Shown piece after piece: positions 13,401 to 24,700 of a stretch of DNA of 64,000 bases. The notes under the pieces were generated by a model. That model did not search any database. It had not been told where the DNA came from and saw only the letters and a program-made list of their open reading frames with translations. Source of the DNA: Macrostomum hystrix (lineage: Eukaryota; Animalia; Platyhelminthes); NCBI GenBank assembly GCA_950097015.1, contig CATNEN010000029.1, forward strand, positions 4,402,001 to 4,466,000, in the 5' to 3' direction. Each line of letters opens with the position of its first letter. Positions within the stretch are counted from its first letter, which is position 1. The translations under genes and the position numbers were made by a program.

Positions 13401-14311
13401 CTAGCTACTTTTAAATCTATTGTATTTCAATTAAACAACAAAAACTGATATAGCAATTCAGATAAAATAAAAGTAACTGTAAATCTAGTTTTAAACACAA
13501 AAATTTATTTTCCATAATTAGTCCAAAATGAATAAAAAACATTATTCCAGAGGAATGAAATGTTAATATTGAAATGTTATATATAAATTAGAGCACAGAT
13601 AAATTTTATAGGCTTTGCTACTCAAGCAAAATAGCTAGCTAGCATTAAACTGATTATATTGATGCCTTGATATAAAAGTAAAGTAACAGAATTCTTCCTT
13701 ATTTATATTTTTTGTCTTCTATAAATAGCTGGGTGAAAATTCCATTGCCAAAGTTTTAAAATTGCTAGAATTTTATTGCTTAACAGATTTTTTCAATAAT
13801 GTTCACTACAAGTATTATTGTACAAAGTAGTACCCTAATTCCACATACAAGTTGTGCAATTACAACTTGTGTCAGATTGAAACAATGTGGCAACAAAACT
13901 ATAAGGAACCATTTAGCTGCTAATATGTGTTAATACAGTTATTTTGTTAACTTTTTCTGTATTTTTATACTTTTTAAATATAGAACACAAATTGAATATA
14001 TAAGTGGAAAATTAAGTAATGAATACATATTGTATAGGATAGGCAGGATAGCGAGCTAACCCAACTAGCTAACATAGACAATTACCTATTACTAGTAATT
14101 AGACATTTTCCTTGGAAATCAAATGACACCTTGCATATAATAAAAACAAACTAAAAAACTTTTTATGCTGAAAATTAGCAACATACACATGTGTTTGACA
14201 GTAAATGCTACAATTAAAAAGACAAAAGCAACACAAGCTATTTTCTTACCTGGGCAAGAAGAGAATCAAACATGACACAAAAAGTATAACAAGTGAAATA
14301 ATAATATACAT
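1416..14311 (-). CDS. BLTP2: Bridge-like lipid transfer protein 2 (KIAA0100/hobbit/Fmp27 family), 16 exons, 1564 codons in window, 3' end outside window
   Basis: Hand-spliced exons close in frame. Motifs match human BLTP2 as recalled: N-terminal TM; FPFEFDF (FPYQYDF); HDDPFE..NYLLMLDE (DDVFE..NYELMKDE); LRDYP; MPPLKFFHD; DPSPPMPWWDK; GDLDVHCRTASKYDDC; GNPNDHHSV; RPIRRG; YWVSF. Confidence 0.95.
1516..1660 (+). mobile_element. SINE family A fragment next to BLTP2 exon 15 donor
   Basis: cattgcttcagttcacccagctg...ccccagtccatggactgaacagctgtacgcagc. Confidence 0.8.
1669..2290 (-). CDS. BLTP2: BLTP2 exon 15 (SSLDSFAQFR...RPIRRG...YWVSF...FNS)
   Basis: cgtcag| acceptor; ORF 1586..2200; donor G|gtcagt chosen (CAA|gtcaga is an alternative). 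Confidence 0.85.
2500..2900. repeat. Degenerate 24-bp minisatellite
   Basis: ggatttaggattcttttaggagag. Confidence 0.85.
3176..3366 (-). CDS. BLTP2: BLTP2 exon 14 (RWSFLGDLDVHCRTASKYDDC...GTDL)
   Basis: gtatag|...|gttagt; ORF 3089..3367. Confidence 0.93.
3470..4152. repeat. 24/25-bp minisatellite
   Basis: ccctagaccattcctcacaccctaa; ~270-bp block duplication. Confidence 0.95.
4206..5094 (-). CDS. BLTP2: BLTP2 exon 13 (Fmp27 core: HDDPFE...PPLKFFHD...PWWDK...EWTN)
   Basis: aacag|...A|gtgagt; ORF 4153..5058; strongest family motifs. Confidence 0.95.
5185..5705. repeat. 23-bp minisatellite
   Basis: ctagcttcgattccagctcaagt. Confidence 0.95.
5845..5952 (-). CDS. BLTP2: BLTP2 exon 12 (VLSTRKWLRSVH...CVNIE)
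   Basis: ttacag|...|gtgagt; resembles human VQKWLKGLH..LPPDLLLKVE. Confidence 0.9.
6105..6657. repeat. 23-bp minisatellite
   Basis: ccctaggaacatatcccaacata. Confidence 0.95.
6691..7662 (-). CDS. BLTP2: BLTP2 exon 11 (CPRSSGQ...FPFEFDFYECMDQ)
   Basis: ctgcag|...|gtaagt, 324 codons; ORF 6568..7629. Confidence 0.9.
7700..7797 (+). mobile_element. Old tRNA-SINE head (family A-like)
   Basis: B box gagttcgaatccc followed by aagcaagatacttaac. Confidence 0.55.
7800..7910 (+). mobile_element. SINE family B 5' fragment
   Basis: gcagagcgattaacgcgtttgactctcgcaccaaggtccctagctcgattcc. Confidence 0.75.
8143..8691 (-). CDS. BLTP2: BLTP2 exon 10 (LYPKVIDF...GCHIT)
   Basis: ccgcag|...|gtgagt, 183 codons open; EEARFWSHYL resembles human HQEFSHWLHLL. 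Confidence 0.85.
8826..9585. repeat. 41-bp minisatellite
   Basis: gctgccattttttaattgaaatgccattttgatatctctta. Confidence 0.95.
9771..10043 (-). CDS. BLTP2: BLTP2 exon 9 (IDALHCEL...KFEFFGD)
   Basis: tttcag|...|gtgagt, 91 codons; ORF 9741..10058. Confidence 0.9.
10078..11140. repeat. Bipartite 22-bp minisatellite
   Basis: atgtcactctgacaagctaccg (10078-10492), then atttcacattgacaagccacag (10497-11140). Confidence 0.95.
11168..11412 (-). CDS. BLTP2: BLTP2 exon 8 (EFFAYLKDY...PRRAELQ)
   Basis: ttgcag| acceptor, CAG|gttggt donor; ORF 11147..11359. Confidence 0.85.
11497..11629 (-). CDS. BLTP2: BLTP2 exon 7 (DIVRLLLLNSR...FFVTQ)
   Basis: ccgcag|...G|gtaaca, phase 0 to 1. Confidence 0.8.
11657..12065. 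repeat. 28-bp-based minisatellite with higher-order repeat
   Basis: cagtcactgcagccaatcacagattact. Confidence 0.9.
12123..12222 (-). CDS. BLTP2: BLTP2 exon 6 (CNYQLQGSDMSVKF...GEMRE)
   Basis: Phase closure with neighbours; donor GAG|gttagt; acceptor choice less certain. Confidence 0.65.
12312..12430 (-). CDS. BLTP2: BLTP2 exon 5 (FLGVTVKSLHIKV...IDSE)
   Basis: ttccctcag| acceptor; aligns to human LFSIHVDAINIMV; donor TG|gtgatt. Confidence 0.8.
12540..12747 (-). CDS. BLTP2: BLTP2 exon 4 (WILTAIVQDVEV...LRTLLQ), followed by GC donor
   Basis: ggcag| acceptor phase 2; donor CAG|gcgagc; ORF track 12351..12728. Confidence 0.85.
12847..12896 (-). CDS. BLTP2: BLTP2 exon 3 (EIKSVQITSSFWNKQAP)
   Basis: ttgcag|...|gtgagt; aligns to human EIDNLWISSKLLSHDLP. 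Confidence 0.9.
12966..13089 (-). CDS. BLTP2: BLTP2 exon 2 (LFVFYLASKL...FPNNTRV)
   Basis: tttag| acceptor, |gtaag donor; aligns to human RWLVVRLATKW...QQTV. Confidence 0.9.
14250..14311 (-). CDS. BLTP2: BLTP2 exon 1 (MYIIISLVILFVSCLILFLP, N-terminal membrane anchor)
   Basis: ATG at 14311, hydrophobic helix, donor CAG|gtaaga phase 2 matching next exon. Confidence 0.85.
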
Positions 14312-14959
14312 CGCAGCTCTTACACAAAAATTCTATGTTAAAGGTAACAGGCTTCTAAATTACTGGAATTTGAGTCAAAAGCAATAACTCAATTTACCCA
14401 TAACTAAAGCTATGCTTATCCAAAATTTTACATTCTAGATACTAAATATTGGTTTTTCCCTTGAGCATATAAAACTTTTACATACAAATATTTAATTACG
14501 AAAAAAATGAATGGCAACAATAAACAAGCAAGCAACTAAAATAGCAACACTTCTTGTACTAACTGTTAATATTTAGACTCGAGTCATTCCTTGAAATTTG
14601 ACTTTTTAAATTTGTCCGAAACGACCATTAAAACACATTGGATAGATGCAAACTATTACTGAAATGAAGATTGGTCTCACACAGGTCTTGGTTTTCTATT
14701 TTTTTTGTTTTCCTAAGTAGAGGAAGTCTATTTTTTATTCCAGTCCTTAGTATTCAACAGCATTGATTTATCTCTGTAGCACATTTGTTGCTCAGCAAAA
14801 ATTATTAAACTTTTAATAGTTTAAGAATGCAAAGTTCGTTCTCAAATTAATGTTTTTTGTCCTTCTATGAATGCTTTTTACTAACCCGATTGGTTTTATT
14901 GATTATTTTTGCATTTGATCTCTGCCATTTTACTGTGACAAATGCTATATTGAATTGAA

Positions 14960-15030
14960 TATCGAGAGAGAGTCAATTGAATTCAATTGAATTGAAATGA
15001 ATTTCAATTGAATTGAAATGAATTGAAACA
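14960..15030. repeat. (AATTG)n-like short repeat
   Basis: caattgaattcaattgaattgaaatgaatttcaattgaattg. Confidence 0.7.
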
Positions 15031-15062
15031 TTGAATATACTAGACTTAATTCGATCGTTTTC

Positions 15063-15530
15063 GTTGGGTGGTGACTGATTTGTTGACGGACTAGAAGATG
15101 ATATCCTGTGGTTGAGCTGCGCCTAGTATTTAGGCTTGATCAGCGAAATTGGAGAATTTCGCGTCTGGGTGTCCATTATGGCCCATTTCCACCTGTTGTT
15201 GCCCTTGAAGGTCAAGCTACCAGTCCGTCTAGATAAAGGTAGATGACCACCGAAGACGGAGATAATGCAGGCACATTCGGGTGACGTGCTGATACATTTT
15301 GAAGGCCTAGCAAGGTCGCACTGAGGTGCAGTGCTAATTTTTGTACAGGGGCCTGTGTGAAATACACAAGCGCTTTTGGGAAAAATCTGACCTTCGGCCA
15401 GAAACATTGAATATCTCGACGGTCTGAAGAGCTGGCGACTTGATTCTTGTTTCAGAAGATGAGCAACAAAAAGTTGGCCCGTGTTTTTTAGTTTCGTGTG
15501 CTTGCATCGTTCCTTTCGTGTGCAGAAAAA
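15063..15530 (+). mobile_element. ~470-bp dispersed non-coding repeat (family C, probably a non-autonomous DNA transposon)
   Basis: Also at 40262-40560 (+) and 61470-61945 (-); no coding capacity. Confidence 0.75.
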
Positions 15531-16012
15531 AATGTCTTTATGTACAACTATGTGCTATACAAAACTACCAAGGTGGTAGTTGTACTGTTGATTGGTTTTT
15601 ATACATTTCCAGCATGTAAATTTGCACGCCTTATGGCCCACTCATTGGCAATGAGTGCAGCAAACAAGTAGCTTATAAAGCAATACTCAACGCAACGCGA
15701 AGCATCAACACATTCTTAACATGCCGGCTAATTAGCTTGCATGACTATCGCACAGATTTGTTCGCTATATCGTTCGCATACTGATACTTTTTGTTACAGT
15801 TACGCCCTAGTGATGACGCTAGATGTGTTTGCCCTGCATTATTGCCAAATTCCACATCAGTATATATATGCTCCGAAATTACATTGCAAATATATATTAC
15901 GAAATGCTTCGCAGCAGGATAAAATTTAAACTTAAGTACAAGATACCAGCTTAGTGCCAACAGATGAAACTTTTTTGTTACAGTCGAACAATTACAGGCA
16001 CTCTCGATACTT

Positions 16013-16550
16013 CAGGGGTCAGCAAACTCCAGCCCGCAGGCCCGATGCGGCCCTCGAAGCTCCCAAATCCGGCCCGTAGCCACCTACAACACCTAAAGTA
16101 TCCCGTCTCATCTCTCCCCTGTCTTATCTCCCCGTGTCTCCCGTCTTTCTCCCGTCTCATCTATCCCCTGTCTTATCTCCCCGTGTCTCCCGTCTTTCTC
16201 CCGTCTCATCTCTACCCTTTCTCATCTCTCCCGTGTCTCCCGTCCCTCTCCCGTCTCATCTCTTCCCTTTCTCATCTCTCCCGTGTCTCCCGTCTCTCTC
16301 CCGTCTCATCTCTACCCTTTCTCATCTCTCCCGTGTCTCCCGTCTCTCTCCCGTCTCATCTCTACCCTTTCTCATCTCTCCCGTGTCTCCCGTCTCTCTC
16401 CCGTCTCATCTCTACCCTTTCTCATCTCTCCCGTGTCTCCCGTCTCTCTCCCGTCTCATCTCTCTCCTTTCTCATATTCCTACAGTCAATGCGGCCCGCT
16501 TTCGTATTTTAGGTTGTCTCCGTGGCCTGCACGGATATAGTTGATCTACG
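16013..16550 (+). mobile_element. hAT/Charlie-like non-autonomous element carrying an internal minisatellite
   Basis: Starts CAGGGGTCAGCAAACTCCAGCCCGCAGGCCCGATGCGGCCC (MER58-like end); right end degenerate. Confidence 0.55.
16100..16470. repeat. 50-bp CT-rich minisatellite
   Basis: ctcccgtgtctcccgtctctctcccgtctcatctctaccctttctcatct. Confidence 0.95.
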
Positions 16551-17846
16551 AGCGAAGGAACACCTTGCTTGGCCAATCACATTTTTGAAGGTCGAAATTC
16601 GTTCAAAGACAATTGAATGCATTGTTGGTCTCGTGTAAAGAAATACAAGGCAAATGACAGTTTTCAAAGCATAAAGTCTCTAATTGTTACTATATATTGC
16701 TCCCGGATTGAGATTAAATTCAAACATCGCTTCTCAGTCGCAGAGTTAGTAAGATATAAGCAGAATCTCATACAGCATCGATTCTTAGAGCAGTGAACTC
16801 TCTTGACGATTCTGTTTAGATCCGAAAAAAATAGCGAAAATCACATGCAACGAATAAAAAGTGAAAGATGCTTTCAAAAGTGTAAAAAAAGAAATATGCG
16901 ACTTCTGAGTAGCTTTGAGTATAAATCAAGTAGATGACACCTCTCATTGTGACCTTGTCTTCTAAGCAACAATGCCTTATAAAATTGATTTAAAGGACAC
17001 AATTGTTTAAATTTTTTGAATCGCATGCCCCCAACCCTAATTACTTGTAAAATGTTTTATGAAATATGGTGCATATGTGAATGCAAAATAAACACTCGAT
17101 AATATTTCAGTATAGAAAACGCGAGCTTAAATTCATGGACTTAAGTGAAAATTAACAGTAAGCATAGAATTAAATAAAACTGTCATTGATCAGAAAAAGT
17201 CGACTGTTCAAGACAGTTGGGTAGAAACTTCACAGAAGCATGCAATAAATATCACAATCGTCACAAAGATGTACTTTTATCGTAGCCTCCAGTCCATTGC
17301 GGAAGACTATTGTATTACAGTAGAGGCGCAGTATTTCTATGTAGTTGGGAAATTTTGAAAAACTAAAACGAAAAATACGATCGAATATGCTTGAATATAC
17401 TCGCATATAATTATCTGAAGCCAGCTGTTTAAACAGTTTAATTTAGTTTGTTTAAATCTGATTGGTTGCGGTTTAGTCACGTGCTTCGCTTAGTCTTCGC
17501 TTGCGGGGTTTCCCACTAGCTTTTCTAAAAATAGCAACAAGCTCAAGGGGGCTTAGTGTGCTAGTTGCAACTAAAAAATAGACTTTAAAGTATTGCTAAT
17601 CTCTTAAAAAGACCTAATGTCTGTATCACCACAATGCTTACATTAGTAGAAATAGACAGATAAGCGGCGTATGGTGCCTCATATATGATGAGTCATAATA
17701 ATGTACTAAAAGTATCAACATTTGTTTTTATAGAAAGAGTCAGTGCAAAGCCAACAAGAAAAATATATAAAAAATTGACCAGACCAGAACACACAAAACG
17801 CCATGTAATACTATATCTGATCTAGAATTTATCCAAAAATAGTTCG

Positions 17847-18284
17847 TCACTCTCGATTCATGACATCCACTAGCTGTCCCATGGCGCTGCTCACCTGGCC
17901 AGCCATGGCGAACAGAGAGCTGACGGACGAACGGCCCACTGAGGTCGGGCACGAGTCCGCCAGGCTGCCGACACCGACGCCACCATTGCTGCCGTTGCTG
18001 CGGCTCAAGCTGCCAGTGTAGTAAAAACTACCGGTGCCACCGTAGCTTCCTGGCTGGTTAACAACCCCGGCACCAACGTCGCCGCTGTAGTCGCCGACGC
18101 TTCCCGACACGCCGCGAACCGAACCGCCGATGCCGCGACGATAGGCCGGCGATGCCGACTGCGGTATTAGCTGCGGAGTCGTCATCGACGCTGCTGGGGG
18201 CGACAACTGGGTCTCGGCGACGCAGCCGGAGCTGCTGGCCCGGTAGGCCCCGACTGGTCGCTGATTGAGCCGCTGTTGCTGCAT

Positions 18285-18317
<33 letters not shown>

Positions 18318-18725
18318 CTGTTGATGAAGATGGTGTAGCATCTGAATTGGTTGGTGCTGCGGTGATGGACACGGGCTGCCGGGGCCGCCGCCGCCGCCAC
18401 CGCTCTGCGACAGCAGCTGCCTGAGCCTCGTCAACTGGCCCTCCAGCTGCCTGTTGTGCTCCTCGAGCACAGCCATCCTGGCCTCCAGGCGGCCCTTGTG
18501 AGCTCGCAACAGTCTGGCTTCGGTGGCCGCCGCCGCCACTGAGATGGCTGTTGCCGCCGCCGCCGCCGCAGTAGTCGAGTTGCCGCCGCCGTTAGATAGC
18601 AGGACGGCACCGCCCGATGCCTGCTGGAGCTGCGGCGGTAGCTGAGGCAACGGCGATGAGCCGATGGGCATGGCTGACGATGTCGAAGCCGATTTTCGCC
18701 TAGTCGAATAGAGGCCGCACTCGAT
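17847..18725 (-). CDS. Dys: Dystrophin terminal exon (coiled coil 2, C-terminus ...VMNRE*)
   Basis: acctag| acceptor; [14 protein letters not shown]; ORF 17847..18671. Confidence 0.93.
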
Positions 18726-21700
18726 CTAGGTTTTTTAATGTTAGAAATGAGAAATATTTGCCGATAAGGAATTTTTCATTCGAGAATAAAATGTCTTTCA
18801 GCGCGAATTTTACGACCCTGACCCCACAGGAGGCGGGTGGGATTAAGATAAATTTTGTACTTTTCATTATCAGCTTCCAGCCTCCCCTAGTGGGACCTTT
18901 GCCCATCCCCAATCCTTTATTTAGTTCACTAAGAGGCATCGAAAAAGATATGCAGCTAAGGCCTTGCTCGAAATCGATAATGTTCGACTGGGTCCCGAAC
19001 TAGTGGGTGCACATGTGCTCTGCCTGCTCAATACCTGCAGCTGGGCCAGCTGTTGCTGCTGCATTAGTAACTGCTGCTCCAACAGGGCTTGATTCGACCG
19101 GTCTAACTGCTGCTGCTGCTGCTGCAGTAGCTGTTGATGCGGCTGCTGCTGCTGATGCTGCACTGACGGGCTGCCTTGGCGAAGTCTCAGAGTGCCAGCG
19201 TAGGCTGCGATTAGGGCGTGCTCATCCTCGCTGTGTGTATTTTATAAAAGAATAATGTTTAGTTTGGCAAATGTTAGCGAATATTGTTCTCCGCATGCTT
19301 GAATGCTCTGGGACAAGCTCCGGTGTTATGCAACTTTGACTTTTAAAATGCGCTTGCAAACTAATCGTGTCTAAAAAATACGAGAAAGGAAGGTACAACC
19401 AAATCAGAGGATTGGAACGTACAATCCACCAGTAGATTGGGAACTATAATCTACCAGTACATTGTAAAGTACAAGCTATCACGAGATTTGAAAGTACAAC
19501 CTATCAGGAGAATGGAAAGTACAACCTACGAGGAGAATGGAAAGTACAACCTACGAGGAGAATGGAAAGTACAACCTAGGAGGAGATTGGAAAGTACAAC
19601 CTAGGAGGAGATTGGAAAGTACAACCTAGGAGGAGATTGGAAAGTACAACCTAGGAGGAGATTGGAAAGTACAACCTAGGAAGAGATTGGAAAGTACAAC
19701 CCAGGAGGGGAATGGAAAGTACAACCTAGGAGGAGAATGGAAAGTACAACCTAGGAGGAGATTGGAAAGTACAACCTAGGAGGAGAATGGAAAGTGCAAC
19801 CTAGGAGGAGAATGGAAAGTACAACCTAGGAGGAGATTGGAAAGTACAACCTAGGAGGAGATTGGAAAGTACAACCTAGGAGGAGATTGGAAAGTACAAC
19901 CTAGGAGGAGATTGGAAAGTACAACCTAGGAGGAGAATGGAAAGTACAACCTAGGAGGAGATTGGAAAGTACAACCTAGGAGGAGATTGGAAAGTACAAC
20001 CTAGGAGGAGATTGGAAAGTACAACCTAGGAGGAGATTGGAAAGTACAACCTAGGAGGAGATTGGAAAGTACAATCTAGGAGGAGATTGGAAAGTACAAC
20101 CTAGGAGGAGATTGGAAAGTACAACCTACGCGGAGATCGGAAAGTACACATCAGTGAAACAAAGAAAACTGCTAATTGGCAATCCAATCTCAGCATTTTA
20201 TCTACGCTCGGTGAAGACCCGCTCAGGCGGTTCGGACAAACGAACAGACAAATTGACTAGGTTCCATTGACTAGAATATACCATATTAGGAAATGGAATT
20301 TTTGTGTAATTCATTTCTTCTAGTTCTCGCTGATCTCAACCTAAGAGATTAGCGATAGAAGAGCATTATCTTCAACCCTTCAATGTCTGTCCTTCTGCCT
20401 TTTGCGGGCGTGAGTTTTTAAAAAAGAATTGACTATTAATGGAGGCTTAAAACTGTTTAATACCAGACTAAGTCGTGAAAGTTTTTGGGTGAAGACTCTA
20501 GCCTGTCAAACTCCTCGCTTGCAACTCGAAACACAATAATAATAATAAATAATAATAATTGATTACACCTGCCCCAATTGGGTCAGATGTGCAGCCGACA
20601 GCACAGCCGCAGCTAATGCGCGGCGCATCTGAAGGCTGCGTACAGCTGTTCAGTCCACGGACTGGGGGGACGCCACACCCACCTTCAATTATCCCAGCTG
20701 ATGCTGGTACCCATTTAGCAGCTGGGTGAACTGAAGCAATGCAGAGTTAAGTGTCTTTCTAAAGGACGCAAATTGTTCCAGTGGAGTCGGGAATCGAACC
20801 CCCGACCTTCAAGTCGTGAGTCCGACGCCCTAACCACTAGGCTACAACCTCGACACACAAGCACTTTCACAGCATCTTAGAACTTTGAATAAATTTGCAG
20901 ATTTTCCTAAAGCGACCGAAAATTACTCGGAACAAAGGATGCAATAACAATAATACGGCTCGTAATTGCAGGAGGGCTGCGGGCAATGGCGCATCATTTG
21001 GTGATGATGACCCGCAGCCTGCGAGGAGTACAAACGCACACAGGTGTGTACATGTGCTCTGAGAAGCACATGCAACCTCATGCGCTTGAGATTGGTCCTC
21101 AAGGGTGTAAATTTCGCGACAAGCTCCCAAGCCTTCTCTCCGCGGCTGCGGCCCAAATGCATGTGGCCTCACTGCAGGAGCCATGCAGGGACCTTTACGC
21201 GAGAGAGGCAGACGCGTTAGACTGCTCTGCCAATGACCATGATGTGTTGTGCACATCCTCCGTATAACCAATGGCTTTGTAGCCCCGTGGTTAGAGTTGG
21301 TGGTCTCCCCAGTCCACGGACTGAACAGCTGTACTCAAGCTGTGACACTGGCTGTACATCTGGCTCAACTGAAATATGCTGCTCAAACTCACATAACGAA
21401 TGCCATCCGAGGAGACCAATTCTAGGAGTCGATTTGAGTCGACTGGCTCAAACAATAAAATACAGTTGTAAAGCTTCCTGTCTCTTTTGGTAGACAAAAT
21501 CACACACAGGAAGTAGCGGAAGGGAAGAAAGTTAAAGACAAGCCGGGAATAGGCGGACGCTGAGCAAAATCGCCACGCGGTTTTGATAAAATTGCGCTGG
21601 TTTGGGATTTAGGATAAATGGCTGGGACGCCCAGTGAGCAGCTTCAGATGAGCAAGGCAGGGGGTAGAGGGGGGAGACTGGCTGATGCAGTCAAGACCGG

Positions 21701-24700
21701 CTTGGTAAATGGGGTGGGTATTTAGATGTGGGAAGAACTAGACTGGGATAGGCTGAGATGAAGACAGCAACTGCAGAGACTGAGGGGAAGAAAATGAGGC
21801 TCAGCTGCATCTGGGGGTTGGAATCCAATATTCTATCCGACTCCACTCCATCTGTTACTGGCGTTTGCCAAAACACGGGCGCGCTGCAACACGCTGTCTA
21901 GCCACCCCCCGCCTCAGACTGAACCGACCCGTTCTATCTGGTAACAAAAGTGTTGAGAACTGTGCTCAGCAATGGCGTTGTATGGGATTGTTAATAGCTC
22001 AATGGGATAGGTAACATCGGTGGCGGGGTGTCTTGTAGCAAAAGCCACTAGTACAGGCAAAACTTTTATGCTCACAAAATTTTATCATGTAACCATGTCA
22101 GCTACTATTTTTAGCATATTCTATTTGTTATATTGTAATTATTTTCGAACCAATATGAATTCGTCAAAAAGGCTTTTACAAAGCAATGTTAGTTGTCCTT
22201 GTCACCAAGGTCTCCGACAAGAATCGCTGAATATCTCGTCGATGCTGACGTCGAACAGCTTTGAAAGTTAGTTCTTCGTAAAGGGCGGAAAATTTTGATT
22301 CAGTTGGTGGATTTTGACGAAAATCGGTCATTCCGTTTGGGAGCTATCTTGAAGTAGGCAGTGGGTATTTGAAATACTCCCTGGTCTTTCTACTGTTCAG
22401 AAATGCGGCATTGGTCTTCAAATTAATTGAGTATTAATTAACTAACTGACTAACTAACTAACTGATTAACTAACTAATTAATTAACTGAGTCAATTGGAG
22501 TTCGAAAAAAACGAATCTTACCCAGTCCGTTCACGTTTATTTTGCTGCTGTGCCACCAACGGAGGCGTTTCAAGAGGCGGCGGCGGAGGCGGTGGCGGTG
22601 GCGGCGGTGGCGGCGGAGGCGGCGGCGGCACTGGCGGCGCCTCCGACACCGGAAGGTATCCCAGCAACGGCAATCCATTACCGGCGCCAGTTCCGTCAGC
22701 TCCGCTGTTGTCGACTCCGCAGCCGCCGCCGCCGCTGCTGCCGCCGCCGCCTCCTCTGCCGCCGCTCTTCAGTCGCAGTCGACAGCGCAGAGCCCGGCTG
22801 AAACTTCTCAGGCCGTCGCCACTTCCTGGCGGCCTAACGTACTCCTGCATGGGATGCGTCAGCTTGTGATGCCGGGCCAGTCGGCCAATGAAGAAGCACT
22901 GCTGGCACAGGCTCAGGTTGAAGCACTTCAAGCATTTGTATCGCAGGCCGCGCATCGGGGTTGCCTTGCAGGCGGAGCAGCGGCCCGGATGCAGCGACTG
23001 CTCAGAGCAGGCCAGGCGGTGCATCACCGGCAGCCACACGAGGCACTGGGGCTCCAGCCGCAGCCAGGAGAGAAAGTGCGACAGGCGGATGCCGCCGTTG
23101 CCGTCGTTGAACTGTACAGTTGTTATTTGGCAAAGGATTCGTCAGCAATTGATTATGACAGTATTTGAATATTCATCCGTTGAAACGGAGGATACTTCCA
23201 AAAAATTGTACACCCTGATTGCTTAAAACGGAAATTTCCAAGCTAATATACATTAGTTAAAATGGGAAACGCGAATTATCGTCCATTAGAAAAGGGATTC
23301 CGACTGCATGCACATCTGTTGGAAAGGGAATCCCGAGGTTTATTTACATTTGCTTTAGAAGGGAATCCCAAAGTTAGACTATAGGCGACCGGCGAGCGCC
23401 AGTACAGCCGCACTCAGAACCTCTCAACCCCCTCTTGTTGAGGTGGGGTTGGTGCACCAGCGAGCCGAATCGCTATGCCGGGTGGGTTTGGTGAAGTCTG
23501 TCACGCCACCTCTTCACACCTCCCTACTAGGCCTCTCTTTCCTGCGCTGGTTGTAAATATTATACGCGCAATGCAGCGCCTAATATTTGCTGCCACATGT
23601 ACGTCGGTTTGGAAGGGAATTCCAAAAGTGAATGTACATTGGTTTGGAAGGGAATTCCAAAAGTGAATGTACATTGGTTTGGAAGGGAATTCCAAAAGTG
23701 AATGTACATTGGTTTGGAAGGGAATCCCAAAGTGAATGTACATTGGTTTAGAAGGGAACCCGTTGTAAACTTCAGTAGTTTAGAAGGGAAACCCAAATTA
23801 AACGTGTATTTTTCGAAAACGGGTATCCCAAAATTTACATCCTCTAGAAAAAATCCATAGCTCGTACATCCGCTGCTGGAGAGCTGTGAAGATTCCAATT
23901 AACTTATGGAAGAGCCGGACTAAATCAGCTTCCCTGTGTCAAACCAAGTCTGATATCGATTTCTATAGATTAAACTGTGTTAAACGAGGCAATCTCAGCA
24001 GTATGAATCGATGATAAGCAATCAGCAATCAAGGCTATTGACGGAGACAAAATTCAGGAAAGATCGCGGTTTACTAAAAGCAATTTTTTTACAGAAATTC
24101 TGGAATATCATTGTACAACAGCCTGAGCGTAGGCATGCAGAAATCTTTTTTTTCATTTGGGAAATCTTTTTGAGATAGGAGCCTCGCGATAGAGAATATG
24201 AGAGATTCTTTCATTGCACAAGGATTCTCAAAATTTGACACTTTTGCCTCTCGCGCATTGGTGCCTATCGTTGAGTGTGTGCTTTTAGCAAAAATATTTA
24301 TGTGAAAATCATCGTCTTCTCATCTTTACTATCCCAGATACTAGCTGAAACTTGAGAAAAAGAACTCTTTCTCCGAAGCGAATTAAATGAGTCCGAACGC
24401 TTGCAATGCAATCTCAACCTACGTGATACTGAAATTACGATTCTCGAGTTTGTATCCCAGAACTCTGATCCCTGATTCAAATCACCCAAAAATTGATCCT
24501 CAAGCAGAAATTTCAACAATCTGATCCCAACACTCAGATCCCAACACACAGATCCATCTACACTCAGATCCATCTACACTCAGATCCCAACACTCAGATC
24601 CCAACACTCAGATCCCAACACTCAGATCCATCTACACTCAGATCCCAACACTCAGATCCATCTACACTCAGATCCATCTACACTCAGATCCATCTACACT

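Noticed and set aside
17221-17300. Hydrophobic stretch KYIFVTIVIFIACF as BLTP2 first exon
   Set aside because: In-frame TAA separates it from the ATG and the donor phase is wrong; 14250-14311 fits exactly.
22478-23226. Plus-strand ORFs overlapping GC-rich exons (also 1703, 4757, 7093, 27971, 35376)
   Set aside because: Antisense shadows of GC/CAG-rich coding exons with no independent motifs or splice logic.
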